Shown piece by piece: positions 1 to 20,980 of a stretch of DNA of 64,000 nucleotides. The notes beneath the pieces were generated by a model. That model did no database searches and was not told the DNA's origin. It saw only the letters and a program-made list of their open reading frames with translations. Both the position numbers and the translations under genes were made by a program. Numbering within the stretch: position 1 is the first letter of the stretch; each line of letters starts with the position of its first letter. The stretch lies in NCBI RefSeq assembly GCF_009914755.1, contig NC_060940.1; one strand, written 5' to 3'. The DNA is from the human T2T-CHM13v2.0 reference genome, Homo sapiens.

Positions 1-2009
1 GGGCGACAGAGTGAAACTCCGTCTCAAAAGAAAAAAAAAAAAGGTAACAATGATTAAACTTATTTTTGAAAGATCACTCTAAATCCAGGGTGGAAAATTG
101 ATTTAAAGAAAAAAGAAAACAAAACCGCCAGGAGACCAGATAGAAGTCCTTTACAGGTGGCCCCAATAAAAGTGTTGCCATGGACTATGGCAGTGGCACT
201 GGCAAAGGAGAACAATGGTTCAAGAGAGATTCGGCAGAGAACACACAGCCCTGGTAAGGACTCACAGGAAGAGGTGAGGCAGATGGAGGAATTAAAGATG
301 ACACTGGCTTTCAGCCAAGAATGACAGTGGAAGTTTTAAAAAGAGATAAGATAAATTTGTATCTGGACATGTTGAGTTTATTGGTGGAACAGTTAAGTCC
401 ACTATCTAGCTGAGATAAACCTGGAACTCAGAGAAAATCTGAGCCAGAGATACAGATTTGGGAGTTACTGAAACCAGGAAAGCGAATGATTTTTTGCAGG
501 AAGGTGTAGCCTAGGGTATCCTGAAGAGTGGCCAAAAAAACTTAAGGAAAACCAGGGAAGAGAAAGTTATGGTAGAAGCCTGTGGAAGAGTGTTTTGAGA
601 GGGAATCAATTGCTGCTGGGAGAAAAGTGAGGTAACTACTGAAAACATCCACCAAATTTGCCAGTAGTGCAGTCATTAGTGATCTTGAAAGTTTTGGGAC
701 CCTAGTGAGGGTAGAAGCCAACCTGAAAGAAGAAAGCAGTATTCTTTCAATAGCTCTGAAAGGGACGCTAACACAAGATACCAGAAGGCTGGGATTATGG
801 GAAGGAATCTTATGTATTTATTTTCTCACGATGGAAAAAAAGTGGGCATTTCAAAATGCTAATAAGAAGAAGAGAAAAAGGGAAAATACAAAAATTTTTA
901 AATGGTGGAAAAACCCAGTACTTAGTGAGTTTATCTCTGGATGGTTGAACAAAAGGTAATTTTTGTTTGCTTTATACTTTCCTACTTTTTTAACACTATC
1001 TAAAATGATATGTATTATTTACATATTACTTTTATAAATCAGAAAAAATACACAAGGATTTCCAAGTAGCTTTGACGAAATAAGCTGTTCTAAATTCTGT
1101 ATTTTACCTTCAGATGCAAAGAATATCTAAGTCTTGCTGACAAATTTAGGCAAAATAGGCCAGTAGATCAGAAGCCACCCACAGACACCTGAAAGCTGTG
1201 GAAATAACACTTGCCTGCAAAGATCACAGCAGAACTATAAAAGCACGGAAAGAATGATAAAAGCACAGCAAGGTAGGCTATTTGGAGATAAAACACTCAT
1301 GCACTTCAAGCAGGTTGGAGAGCACTGCAGCATTCCAGCACAGACAGGGGTATTCAGGAAGACTAATCAACAAAAAAGACTAAAACAGAATTACACAAAC
1401 TCAGGGCTAGAAGACATCTTAGGTAATATAATTCACTCAATTTATTAATTAAATAACTGGGATCAGGCCAGGCACAGTGGCTCATGCCTGTAATCCCAGC
1501 ACTTTGGGAGGCCAAGGTAGGAGGACAGCTTGAAGCCAGGAGTTTGAGATGAGCCTGGGCAACACAGGAGAGCCTGTCTCTAGGAGGAAAAAAAAAAAAA
1601 ATTGAATTAGCCAGGCATGATGGCACACACCTGTACTCCCATCTGCTCAGGAGGATGAGGCAGAAGGATCACTTGAGCCCAGGAGTTCAAGGCTGCTGTG
1701 AACTTTGATTGTGCCACCGCACTCGAGCCTGGGTGACAGAGTGAGACATCCTCCCGATAAACTTTTAATTAACTTTCCCCCCACAGATATAGACCTGCAG
1801 AATTATGGTTGTTTTAAGTCACTAAGTGGTGGTGGTGTTGCTGTTGAGAGACATGGTCTCGCTCCGTTGCCCAGGCTGAAGTGCCGCAGTGACATCATAG
1901 CTCACTATACACTCAAACTCCTGGGCTCAATTTAACACTTAAAAAGTGCAAGTCTTCAGAAAGATCAGTTAGGTAAAGTATTTCTTGATGACAGCAGATG
2001 TCTTTAAAA

Positions 2010-5000
2010 ACATTTGTCAATTTCAAACTTGAAGAAAAGTTCCAAGAACAGTACAAAGAATTTCCAAATAGTAACATTTCACCAAATTTGCTTTATCCTT
2101 CTAGCTCTTACATATACACCCGAGCTTTTCTTCTGAACCGAGTAAGTTGCAGATATGATGCACGTTTCCTAAAAAAACAAGGACTTAAATTTAAGTCCCC
2201 ATACGATTACCAAAATTAGGAAATTAACATTAACACTAGTATCTAATTTATAGACCTTATTCAAATTTCACCAATTTGCCTAATAATATCATTCATGCAA
2301 AAGGCAAAAAAAGTTGGGTGGGTTTTTTTTCCCGATCCAGGATTGCCATTGCATTTAGTTGTCACGTCTTTTTAGTCTTTTTTTTCCAACTCTAAACAAT
2401 ATTTTTCTTATCTTTAATCTTTATTTGAAACAGCTTGTCTCTTTTTTCTTTCATTACCTTAACATTTTAAAGAGTACAGGCCAGTTATTTTGCAAAATGC
2501 TCCCCCATGTGGGTTTGTCTGGTGTTTCTTCACAACTCGATTCAGGTCGTGACTTTTTGGCAGGAATACCCTACAAGTGATGTTGTGTCTTCAGTGTATC
2601 ACATCAAGAGGCACATGGCAATTTGTCCCATTATTAATGTTAACTTTTATTACCTAGGTAAGAAGCTACCTGCCAAGTTTCTACACCGTATTCGTTTTTC
2701 CTCTCTAATTATTATGGGGACACACTTTGAGACCATTTAACTATCCAATTATTTCCTCAAACTTTTCACCCACTAGTATGAGGATCTATTAATGATTACT
2801 GACTAAATCAATTACTACTACAACAGTTAACAAAAAGTGATTTTCTAATTCTAGCACTCCTCTTATATTTTAGTTGGCATTCTACTGTAAGGGAAACTTT
2901 CCCTTCTCATCCATTTATATATTTATATGAGTTTGGACTCATGGATCCTTATTCAATTGATTATATTATTTTCATTACTTTGATGCTCTGCCCCATTTTT
3001 GGCCAGTGGGAATCCCTTCAAGCTAGCCCCTGTCCTTTTAACAGCCCCTATCATTCTTTGATAAATGTCATACTTTCTAGTACAAGATGTTGCAGGTTCT
3101 TCTTGTTCTTTCCCAGCCCTAGCCCTACAATCAGTCATTTCTCCAAGGATCCCTGTTTCTGTTTACGGAAGAGTGGTATTTAAAAAACAAAATCTGGGTG
3201 TTACGTATGCTCATTGCTACAGGAAAACATATATTGAATATATACATGAAACAAACATAGACACACATATCTATCTATTCTACATCTTATATATATTGAA
3301 AACCATGAGTTCACACTGATACCTCTAATTCCAATCCAACATCACAGGATACATCCTAGTCTTTCCACTTCTATATTTATGACAGTAATAAACCTGTCTC
3401 TTTTCGTCTACAATATGTTTACTTATTTGCTCAGTCTTGGAATACACAGAATACATAGAAGCCAGTGTCAGAACTGCCAATCCACACTGCTGCAAAATCC
3501 ATACTACTAACAACAGCTCTACTTTGTCTTTAGCCTACATTCAAATTACTTGGGTTAGTTCATTTTTTTCTTTAGTGTAATTAGATGACTCATTTCAAGT
3601 AAGTTTGTTTGGTTTTGCTTGTATTTCATTTTTGAGTTTTCTTCCCAACTCTGCTCATCCTTTTTTTCATTCCCCCCCTTTTTTTTTGAGTATATGAAAC
3701 ATTAACAAAGTTTAAACAGCATGAATTATACAAAACATATAATTTTTTTCTGTTGTTTTTTGAGACACAGTCTCACTCTGTCACCCAGGCTAGCGTCCAG
3801 TGACACAGTCTCAGCTCACTGCAACCTCCGTCTCCCAGGTTCAAGTGATTCTCCTGCCTCAGCCTCCTGAGTAGCTGGGATTACAGGGGTCCGCCACCAC
3901 GCACAGCTAATTTTTTATTTTTGGTAGAGATGAAGTTTTGTGATGTTGGCCAGGCTGGTCTCAAACTCCTGGACTCAAGTGATCTGCCCGCCATGGCCTC
4001 CCAAAGTGCTGGGATTACAGGCATGAGCCACCGCCACCGGCCAAAAGATTTTGTAAAAGTGTCACTCCTCCACTCTCTCTGCTTTGCTCCTAACTACCTC
4101 TCAGAACGTAATCAATCTCATTAGCTTCTGGTTATCTTGTTTCTTTTTGCACAAATGAAGAGATACAAATATGTTTTGCTATCTTCTCCGCCTTTTTTAT
4201 ACAAACGCTAGGATACTATAAATACTGTTTTGTCCTTTGATTTCTTCACGAAATATATCCTGGAACTCATTACATGTTGGTTCAAAGAAATTTTTTTTTC
4301 TTCTTTTCAGAGGCAGGGTCTTACTCTGTCACCCAGGCTGGAATGCAGTGGCACAATCATGACTTACTGCAGCCTTGACCTCCCAGGCTCAAGTGATCCT
4401 CCCACCTCAACCTCAGCCTCCTGAGGAGCTGGGACTACAGGCATGTGTCATCTAGTGACATAATTTTTTTTAATTTTTTCTAGAAACAGGTGTCTCACTA
4501 TGTTGCCCATGTAGGTCTTGAACTCCTGGGCTCAAGCAATCCTCCCGCCTCAGACTCCCAAAGTGCTGGGATTACAGGACTGAGCCACCAAGCCTGGCTT
4601 TTTTTTTTTTTTTTAACAGCTGCACTGCCAACTGAAAGACTCTCAGTGGCCAAAGCTGGAACAATTTGAGCAACAAAACAAAGTAGTATTGGATTATAAC
4701 CCAAGGTATAAAGTAAATATACATGAGTCCATACTGACATAAGTAAATAAATGGGGGAGAACAGGCAACTCTCCAGAACAGAATTCCAGAAGATTATGTA
4801 GATACTCCACCACCTTGGAGGAACAGGGTAACTTCCCAGTCCTTACGTGTAGGCTGCACACAGTGACTTCCTTCCAAAGAGTTATGAAAAGGGAGAAAAA
4901 GAGTAACTTCAAAGCAGAGAAACCTAGCCACGTGCAATAGCTCACATCTGTAATACCAGCACTTTGGTAGGCTAAGGCAGACAGATTGCTTGAGCCCAGG

Positions 5001-5770
5001 AGTTCAAGACCAGCCTGAGCAACATGGCGAAAACCCGTTCTCTACAAATATACAAATACAAAAAATTATTCGAGCATGGTGACGTGGCCTGTAGTCCCAG
5101 CTACTCGGGAGGGTGAGATGAGAGGATCACCCAGGCCCAGGAGGTTGAAGCTGCAGTAAGCCAAAATGACACTACTGCACTCCAGCCTGGAAGACATAGT
5201 GGACCCTGTCTCCAAAAAAAAAAAAGGTACAGAAACCTAACATGTATCTCAGCCAGGTGATCAACGTCAACATTAACAGTGATAAATTATGTTGTAGTAT
5301 GCAGCCTTGATGAAAATGTACTTTACCTCTGTGGTCTTCTTCCGAAAACACATGATCCCAATCCAATTATGAGGAAAACAAGACAAATTCAAACAGAGGA
5401 GCATTCTACCAAATACCTGGCCATTATGCCTCAAACCTTTTCGGGTCATCAAAAACACAGAAAATGTCACAGAAAACAGGAGCCTAAAGAGTGACAAGAA
5501 CTAAGTGTAATGTGTATCCTGGACGGAATCCTGTAACAGAGAAAAGACATTAGGTAAACACTAACCTGAAGCAATCTGAGTAAGCATGGACTTTAAATAA
5601 CGATCATGTATCAATATTGGTTTATTAACTGTAACAAACACCTTATCAATGTAAGATGTTAATAATAAGGGACACTAGATGTGAGGTATATGGGAACTCC
5701 CTGTACTGCATTCACAATTTCTCTGTAAATCTAAAACTGTTCTAAAAAAACAAAGTCTATTTAAAAATAA
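2010..5770. mobile_element. Mosaic of old L1M fragments in both orientations with Alus (~3745-4042 -, ~4300-4600 -, ~4926-5225 +)
   Basis: L1MC-like 3'UTR text (tatgggaactccctgtact...ctgtaaatctaaaactgttctaaaa) and Alu consensus matches. Confidence 0.65.
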
Positions 5771-7389
5771 AAATTACAAAACAGCTGTATAGTGCTCCAT
5801 TGTGTGGATGCACCATAGGTCGTTCAACTACTTTATGTTGGGAAAGTGTGTTCCCAACATTTTCCAAGTGCAAACAACACTGCAGTAAATAACTCTATGC
5901 ATACATTTTTTCATACTGTTAGAGTTATACTTTTAAGATAAATTCCTATAAGTGGGACTGATGGATTAAAAAGCAAATATACAGCAGTTTTGCTACAAGG
6001 CAGCAAATTCCTCTCTATAAAGATTATAACAATTTGCAGTCCCATCAGAAATGTATGAGGGTATACAGTGTTGCCAACAGAATGCGCTGTCACACTGTTT
6101 AATTTGGCCCCCCTGCAGATAAGTAATGGTATGTTCAGTATATTTAATTTGTATTTCTCTAATTATTGAGGTTGAACATCTTCTCATGTTTAAAGGCCAT
6201 CTTTTCTTTTTTTTTTAAATTGTCTCTCATGCTTTTGCTCATTTTTCTCTCTGATTTTTGGCCTCTTATTCCCCCTACTTTTTTTTTTTTTGTGTGTGTG
6301 TAAAGACAGGGTCTCACTTTGTCACACAGGCTGATGTGTTGTACTGCAGCCTCAAACAACTGGGTAAGTGATCCTACTACCTCAACCTTCCAAGTAGCTA
6401 GGACTACAGGCATGTGCCATGCCCAGCCACTTTTATTTTTATTTTTTGTAGAGACAGGATCTTGCTATGTTGCCCAAGCTGGTCTGGAACTCCAGGCCTC
6501 AAACGATCCTTTATCAATCTTTGATTTTATTGTCTCTGGAATTCAGGGTCCTTACTTAGGCACACTTTCCCCACACCTAGGTTATATAAGAATTTATCCA
6601 GGTTTCTTGGTGTTTGTATCGTTTCATTTTTGACATTTAGATGTCTGCCCCATTAGTTGATTCATATGTATGGTATTCTAACTTTTTCCAAACAGCTATG
6701 TAATTGTCCCCATGCTATTTACTTAAAAATCTATTTTCCAGACTTCTGCTTCTAGCCATGAAAGAACAAACTGAATATATAAAACAACTATTTTCAGATA
6801 TTGGGACAACAGACTACAGGAGTGTGATAACTGAAAGAAAAAAACAAAACAAAGTGAACCCTACATTCACCTAGCTTTCTACCCACAGACAATTTCTAAA
6901 CCATGTAGCAGAGAACAGAACTCAAGAAGAGAATGGTAGTTTCACCGAGCAGAGGAGGCAAACATCAGAGGAGTTCGGGCAGGCTGGGGCAGCCGGAATT
7001 TGTGAGGTAGAGATAAGCAGCAAAAGAACTCCAGAAATCTACATGGAGCTGCCTTGAGTCACTGACTGAGTATTCACTACACATGTGTTGGGTGACTTTC
7101 ACAATGCCATAATCACTACGAAGAACAATTACAGCAGCTACAAGCTGAAAAACGCAGAGCTCACACAGGGCTGGGAGTCAATGGAGTCCTTATAAGCCAA
7201 AGTAGAGATCTCATTGAATATGCAAGTCAATCAGTAAAGAATCCTAATTTAGTAATTGGGCTAAGCTAACTCTAAAGACTATGCCAGCTATGCCCTAAAA
7301 ATATGTAAAAACACGAACTGCCTGCTGATACAAAAGATAAAATCCAAGTCATCAACAATGTTCAGCCTCAAAAAACAAAAAACCAGTAA

Positions 7390-9480
<2,091 letters not shown>

Positions 9481-10852
9481 TAGAATCCATCTTTAGTTCC
9501 AGTGATTCAAGAAGCCACCTTTATTATAAGAAATCCATTTGAAAGAAAAAAAAAACAACAACGTTTAAATAGATTTCAATTTAAAAAGAGTCATGGACCA
9601 AAAAGCAATATACAAATATAAACATAAAACAAAGATTACTTAAAAGCAAGGGTTGAAAAACTCTGCCCCTTAATTTGATTAACCATGGAAATAAATATGA
9701 TACGATAATATCCTTATTTATGTCTAGTATTACAAAAAGCACAACATAAATCTAAAGGGCTATACTGGCAAAATCCTCAATAACAAGACTGAAATGTTAT
9801 TCCACAGAGTCTCTTTCTCTCCACTGTGCCTCTCTGTTGCCAGACCCTCTCCCCTTTTCTGTCTCTGACTATAACTGACCATATACAAATTGAAATATTC
9901 TACTTTAACACAAATAATTAGTTCTTGTTCTTTAAACAGTGAATATTTTATATAGTTTTTACTTTAAAAATCAAAACGTTATGTTTTATTGATGTAGTCT
10001 GGCTCATTTGATCTATATGTATAGTGAAATAGCCCAAAAAATATTGTCATCAACAACATTCTTTGAACCAGTAAAAATATCTGACTTCACATTTTATAAG
10101 CACTACTTACCACCTTACTTTTGGTCTATAAATTTTACTCATTTAAGTGATACTTTATATTATTATAATTTGATATATCTACAGTTTGTAGACATCATGA
10201 GAAAAACTATGCAAAGCTAAAGAAAAAACAAATGCTTCTTGTAACAACGGTGTCATATATCAAACATATAAGGAAAAGCTAAATATTCAACAGCTATAAA
10301 AATGTCAGCTTGATTTAATGTATTCCAAATATGGATGGGCTCCTTTTCTATTTTGGTTTTAACCATGTAATTTTACTTCCATTCCACTAACAACTAAACA
10401 CATCAGATTAAGCCAATCATAAATCTAGTTAATGTCTAATTATATAACACGTTTCTATTACCATTAAACACAGAATGGTAGCCATCAAAGAGCAGATACT
10501 TTTAGAATAATTCCATTATAATCAGAAGTGTCAGCGCTGAATATAACTGTTCTAGTGCCCTATAATTAGGAAAGAGAAAGCATTTTATTGTAAGAACATG
10601 GATTCCAACTGTTACATACCAGTTCAGACGTTCCCTAACAAACTACCATGTCTGATTTTTACTAATCATAAAAGGAGGTAGTTTGTGTAAAAAAAAGAAA
10701 AAAATCGCACATATCAACTGCTAATCTTGACTAAACTCAGACTCCTTACTAAGACATTATCGTTTCCTTCTATCAACGGAGATAACATTTTACATCAGTG
10801 GGTTATAACTAAGTTTCATTTTGGCTGTACAGTCGTTTTTCTGAACTCTTAC

Positions 10853-10933
10853 ATTTTTGTGACATTCCTTAAGCAAGTTAATCAAGACGTTGCATTCTTC
10901 AGTGTGCAAGTGTGGAGATAAGTCAGGATGCAT
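10853..10933 (-). CDS. CMC2: CMC2 first coding exon ([27 protein letters not shown]), twin CX9C mitochondrial cytochrome c oxidase assembly protein. The whole exon is 10853-10968; downstream exons lie left of the window.
   Basis: ATG at 10933; C-x9-C motif ([11 protein letters not shown]); acceptor ccacag| at 10969-10970; donor |gtaaga at 10852; peptide recognised as the CMC2/C16orf61 N-terminus. Confidence 0.96.
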
Positions 10934-12319
10934 CTTTAGGAGATGAGGATGGATCACAGCAGTGCAACCTGTGGATACAAGAGTGTCTTGAATATGCATA
11001 AACACATTTGTTACGCCACCTAAAAGTATCTTCATAAGAACCTCTAGTGACCTTTATCAGAGAAGTATGTTAACCATTAACCAGCTGTGTGACCTCAGGC
11101 AAATTATTAAACTTGAGACAAAGCTTTCTAATTCAATGATTTAAGATATTCAGCAAGTTATCAGTAGTATTTAGAGAACCTACAGGTTCAGGAGAAAAGC
11201 AGGAAGCCTCAAGAGACCCAATCCCGGAAATAAGCACTAAAGCAGAAACAGCTTGCTTATATTAATAAGCCTGACTTCAAATATTTTCGCCACATTCTCG
11301 AAATTAACAACTCATTTTGTTCAGATGAAATTCTACCAATTAAGAGAATTGGCTTATTATTTTAAAATGTATATTATTCTGAGGGTTAAAGGGTCATTAG
11401 TCTCATATTAGTGTGAATATAGATTGCTTTTTTCTTAATAGCTGGCTGAAAAAAAAACTAAACAATGAAATGAAACCAGAAGTTGTGAAAAAAAATTTCA
11501 AATTTAACAGATATAGCCATAAAACTAATTATTACACTGAAAACATGAAGCTGAAATCCCTGAACTTAAGTTTAATTGGATCATCCACAAGGTGGAAAAT
11601 TAGCAGCCAAGGTCAAAGGAAAAACATCATGGGCAGCTGTTCTTTTTTTTTTTTTTTTTTTGTAGTCAGGGGTCTTGCTATGTTGCCCAGGCTGGTTTCA
11701 AACTCCTGTCCTCAAGTGATCCTCAGCCTCCCAAAGTGTTGGGACAGGCATGAGCTACCGTGCCCCACCTGGGCTTAACCTACTCTAACTCAGAAATGAT
11801 TACCAAAAGAAAGAACCGATTACCTGCTTTAATTTTTTTTAAAGTTCCAAATAGAAAACAGGAACCAACCCATATCCATTAGGATGGCTACTGCTGAAAA
11901 AAAAACAGAAAATAACAAACGCTAAAGAGGATGTGGAGAAACTGAAACTCCTGCGCACTGTGGGCGGGCATGTAAACTGGGATAGCCACTGTGGAAACTG
12001 GTATAGCAGTTCCTCAAAAAATTAAAAATGAAATTACCATATGATCCAACAATTCCACTTCCGGCTATATTTTCATAAGAATTAAATGCAGGGTTTTGAA
12101 GAGATATTTGAACACCCATGTTCACGGCATATTATTCACAATAATTAAAACATGGAAGCAACCCAAGAGTCCAACAGACAATGGATCAGCACAATGTGGT
12201 ATATACATACAATGGAATACTATTCAGCCTTAAAATGGAAGGAAATTCTGGCATATGCTACAACATGGATGAAATGTGAGGACATTCTGAATGAAATAAG
12301 CCAGTCAAAAAACATATAT

Positions 12320-14890
<2,571 letters not shown>

Positions 14891-15378
14891 TATATATTTT
14901 TTAAAAGGCAAATACTTTAACATTCCACTTATACGAGGCACCTAAAGTAGTCAAAATCAAAGAGACGGAAAGTGGAATGGTGGTTACCAGAGGGAGGTGG
15001 AAGGGCAGGAGGAGATGAATGGGGAGTTACTGTTTAACAAGCAGTTTTACAAGATAAAAAGTATTATGGAGATGGACGGTGGTGATGGTTGCACAATATT
15101 ATTAATGTATCTGATACCACTGAACTGTGCATTTAAATGGTTAAGATGGTAAATTTTATGTTACGTGCATTTCACCATGCGAATTTTATGGTATGTAAAT
15201 TATACCTCAAGCTGTTAAAAAAAAACCTGTGAGAAATTCAAACTGCCCATCCACCTCCCACTCAACAGAAACAAAAAACTGTCTGAACAAATAATTCCAA
15301 AGGATTATAGCATAGCTACTATTTCAATTGCAACTTATAAAAATGCAGTAGGTCCCTGTACTATTCAGTAACTACTAA

Positions 15379-15398
15379 ACACACACACACACACACAC
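15379..15398. repeat. (AC)10 microsatellite
   Basis: Read directly. Confidence 0.95.
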
Positions 15399-15644
15399 CA
15401 CAGCTGAAGACCACAAATAAAGCCATTGCACCTAGTTAAGTATTCATTTGAAACGAAAAACGAAAATGCGGCCAAGTTTAAATTTTGTTTGCCTGCCACT
15501 GACTCCAAGATCCTTCCAATGATATCAATTTTTGCCTTAGAAAAATTAAGTTTCATACAGTTCAGCAATTTAAGTTATCCAATATCGTACCAATATTCTG
15601 CACCTACATTTATGTGAAGTGTTAGTTTTCTGGTTTCTGCCTTA

Positions 15645-15809
<165 letters not shown>

Positions 15810-17901
15810 TTAGCTGGGCGTGTTGGTGGGCGCCTGTAATCCCAGCTACTTGGGAGGCCGAAGCAGGAAAATCACTTGAACCTGGGAGGCAAGGTTGCAG
15901 TGAGCCAAGATGGCACCACTGACCTCCAGCTTGGGTAACAGCGCAAGTCTCCATCTCAAAAACAACAATAACAGAAAACAGACACTGGTTTAATCACTAG
16001 AAAATGTCTCTAACATTTTCTAAATGTATTTGACAAAATATTTTTGCACATTTCTATCAACCGGCACTCAAATGTGTGCCTTTACAATTCAGAAACAAGC
16101 TTATGATGTACTGAAATGATTTCTTTAATTGACAAATACCTGAGAAGACACTTGACTGAGACAATATTAATAGATGCAAAGATGTATATAAGCCTAAGTA
16201 CATAAAATGGTACATATTTTCCTCCCTCTATAACAAGTTTACCTCAAATACATATGCTATTGTCAATCAGGGTAGGGTACCAATAAAACGTCTTCCCTTC
16301 TAATTCACATTATTTAGTTTTACTTTGAATTGACAAATAATAATTGTATATATTTATAAGGCCCTTCTACTTTCTTAGCCTAGATGACTATGTCAAAGAA
16401 TAAAATGGTTTAATTTCATTTCCTTTTCCTATTCTTGGTAAGAAGCTACTACTTAACCTAAAGCTCTAAACACTCACCTTATCCCTTATCCAACAGATTC
16501 CTTGCTTTCCCCATCACTCCCTTCTTTCTTCTACCACATATTTTTAGCTAGATATGTTCTTCCTCCCCTTGCCCTCTACCTACCCGTCACCTATGCTCAC
16601 TTCCATCCACTTTGTGTCACTTGGCTTTGCCTAAATGTTGGTGCATACACAGATGTACTGCTGTATTCTGGGGTGTAATATGTAAGGTACAACTGTAAAA
16701 ATGGCAATGTTCTCTCAGAACACATGTAATTAAGTGCTGATGTCTTCCAGCACTCACCTTTAAAAGACTATTCTAGTAACACAATTTAACTCAAAATATA
16801 TTTAACAAACTGAAGAAACGCTAAATACGTATTCCATATTCTTATTCTTAAAATTTCTTCAAAGTCATAAGAAGATATCAACGTTATTAGTTTAGAAAAT
16901 AATTTGTTGAACACTTGCCAAGTGCTAAGCACAAGTCTTACAATGCAATAACCTTATGAAACGGGTAGCCTTTTAAATTCAGTTGAACCATGAGAAACTG
17001 TCTTTTTATAGGTCAAAATATGCACTGCCCACATTTTCATAGAGAAACTAAGCCCCAGGTCACACAGTAGTTAGCTGCAAAGTCACAACCCAACATAATC
17101 TCTAACCATGACAGATTTTTAATCCATGTTCAAAATAGGAAAGACAGGCATTCACAGCAGTTTGTGAATGAAATACATTCAGATGGAAAAACTATTTCCC
17201 AAAGAGCTTCTGATTGACTACAAGTTCAAAAGGTAGTCATTCTAGGCCCAAGTTCCAAAGCAGCCAACGTAATACTATCCTGTAAGTGTGGAAATAGTGA
17301 GTCTGTCAAGACACAAAAAAAGAGAAGAGTATTGTATTTGTCACTAGTCAGCTACTCACAAGTTACATCATTTTGGTTACTAATCTGAGACCTAAGTCTC
17401 TCTTCCATAAAATGGAATTTGCTCTTGACCTATATATCTCAGTGATGGCATGGGTTTAAAATAACTTATGTGAGGCTGGAAGCTGTGGCTCACGCCTGTA
17501 ATCTCAGAACTTTGGCAGGCCGAGGTGGGCAGATCACTTGAGGTCAGGAGTTCGAGACCAGCCTAGCCAACATGGTGAAACCCAGTCTCTACTAAAAATA
17601 CAAAAATTCGCTGGGCGTGGTGGTGGGGGCCTGTAATCCAGCTACTTGGGAGGCTGAGGCAGGGGAATCGCTTCAGCCCTGGAGGCAGAGGTTGCAGTGA
17701 GCTGAGATGGCACCACCTGCACTCTAGCCTGGTCGAAAGAGTGAGACTCCATCTCAAAAAATAATAATTATGAACATCAGCAGCATGGTGGAAACGAAAG
17801 TGAAAGGAACATAAGACCTCGTTCTTGGATGTTTCCAGTGAAATAGAGAGGGATAAATTCCATTCAAACTGTTATTATTTGAATAGAATAATATTTAATT
17901 C

Positions 17902-19253
<1,352 letters not shown>

Positions 19254-20268
19254 CCGAAGAGTTTCTCAGAGAATGCGCCCTCGCAGCTTTCCCTGAATAA
19301 ACATTACCAGGACTTACAAGGTGCCTAGCACTCTGCCAGAATCATGTGAATTTCAGAGGAAAATACTCGTTCACACATCTCAAGGAACGCACAGGCTCGT
19401 GAGGGAGCATTCTTGCCAATGCACATGGTAAATGCCCAATCGATGTTCGCGGAATGTCAGAAACTGACAACTAGTTCAGGCCTCAACGCAGTAGGAAAAG
19501 GATGAAAAAGAAACTCATTTTAAATCAACTAAACAAGTGCAAAAGCCATACATATAGAGGAGAGGAGATACGAATGGCATCACAACATAATTCCTTTGCC
19601 ATCGAAAACTTCCATGCCTTTGAGGTTTTAAATGAAGACTTCCAAAACTGATTTACTTAAGACTCTACGTAAAACGCCTGATCTTTAAACGCAAGAAAAG
19701 CAAGATGAATGTATTACTTTCCTGGAAAAAAAAAGCATTAAAGGAGAAAAAAGAGTAAAGTGTACTGATGGGGCTCTTGGTGGGTTCTCACATCACAGGG
19801 CACTGCAGCTGAGACGTGCTTGAACGGCCCCCGTTTTCTACCCGCAAATTCTCAATTGCTAGATAAACAACAATAACAACACTTTATTGGGCGCTCATCG
19901 TGTCAAACCCTGTGTTGAGGGCTCCATTCCTCAAGGTCCATTTTACCGGCGAGGAAGCCCCGGCTCCGGGAGGGGAGGAGCGCGCCCAAGGTCACCAGCC
20001 AGTTGAGTGAGTGGCGGGCGGATCCCAACCCCGAGCGACGCCCACGGCCTGTCTCGGCCACCAGCGTGTTCCAGCGAGCGCCCAGCCACCTCGCTCGCAG
20101 CCTCCCCAGCGCAGCAGCCCGGCTGTGGGCCTGCGGCAGCCGGGTCTTCCTGGTCCCCACCTCCTGGGGCCGACGGGCGGCAGGAAGGGGCTCGGCGGGA
20201 CGCGCCGTCAGGGACCTGAGGAGGAACAACGGAACGCGTTCGGAACGGCCTGGACTCCCGAGACTCAC

Positions 20269-20420
20269 CCGACTCGTGGCCACACCGGGAGAACTGAAGC
20301 GGCAGTAGCCGGCGGAGACGCCCGACCCGAAGGCCGGCTGCTAGGGAGCAGACAGCTGAACCGCTTGCCAGACGCCGAAACCCAGTGACGCCCTCCACCG
20401 CTCCACCGTGCTCCCGGCTC
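20269..20420 (-). other. CMC2: CMC2 non-coding exon 1 (TSS approximate)
   Basis: Minus-strand donor GG|GTGAGT (actcac at 20263-20268) inside the CpG island, next to NRF1 and GC-box motifs. Confidence 0.75.
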
Positions 20421-20749
20421 CCCGCCCCCGCCGCCCGCGGGCCCCAAGGCGCATGCGCCGCCTGTCCTGGAGGGGCCCATTTCCGTCCGTCGTGGGGGGA
20501 GGCACAGTGAGTCCACTGGGGCACGGCAGCGTCTAAGCCACAAGCCGAGCACATAAGCCAGGTCCTAACGGAGCCTATGTGTAAGTCCACTACTGGTGCA
20601 AGGTTGCACACTTCTAAGAAGAGCGGCGTGGGGGGCTCGGCGACCTTCGCTTCAGTCGCTCCCCCGTGCAGTCCCCTGTGCCCAAGACACAGCCTGATGC
20701 TTGTGCTCCGGTGGGCGGAGCTTGGAGGCGGCGGGAACTGCAATTGGTG

Positions 20750-20812
20750 GCTTTGAAGGCGCGGCGAGCGGGAACAGCTCTTGAGGAGTGAGACTGCAGG
20801 AGATGTGGGCCG
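20750..20812 (+). other. CENPN: CENPN non-coding exon 1 (TSS approximate)
   Basis: Donor CCG|GTAAGA at 20813; would join the acceptor at 25465, ten nt upstream of the ATG. Confidence 0.8.
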
Positions 20813-20914
20813 GTAAGAGAGCCCCGGGCGGCACTGGATCGGGCCCCGGAGGGTGTGGGGCCTTGAGGAAGCCAGATCCCAGGCCTCGGGGGTGGCTTTT
20901 TCGCAATTGTCGCA

Positions 20915-20980
20915 CGTTGTGAGGCGCAGGATTGGCGCTGGGTCTCGGGCTCGGGGCGAGGAACTACGGTTCGGGCCGAG
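20915..20980 (+). other. CENPN: Candidate alternative CENPN first exon
   Basis: Strong donor GAG|GTGAGG at 20981 within the CpG island; start approximate. Confidence 0.55.
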
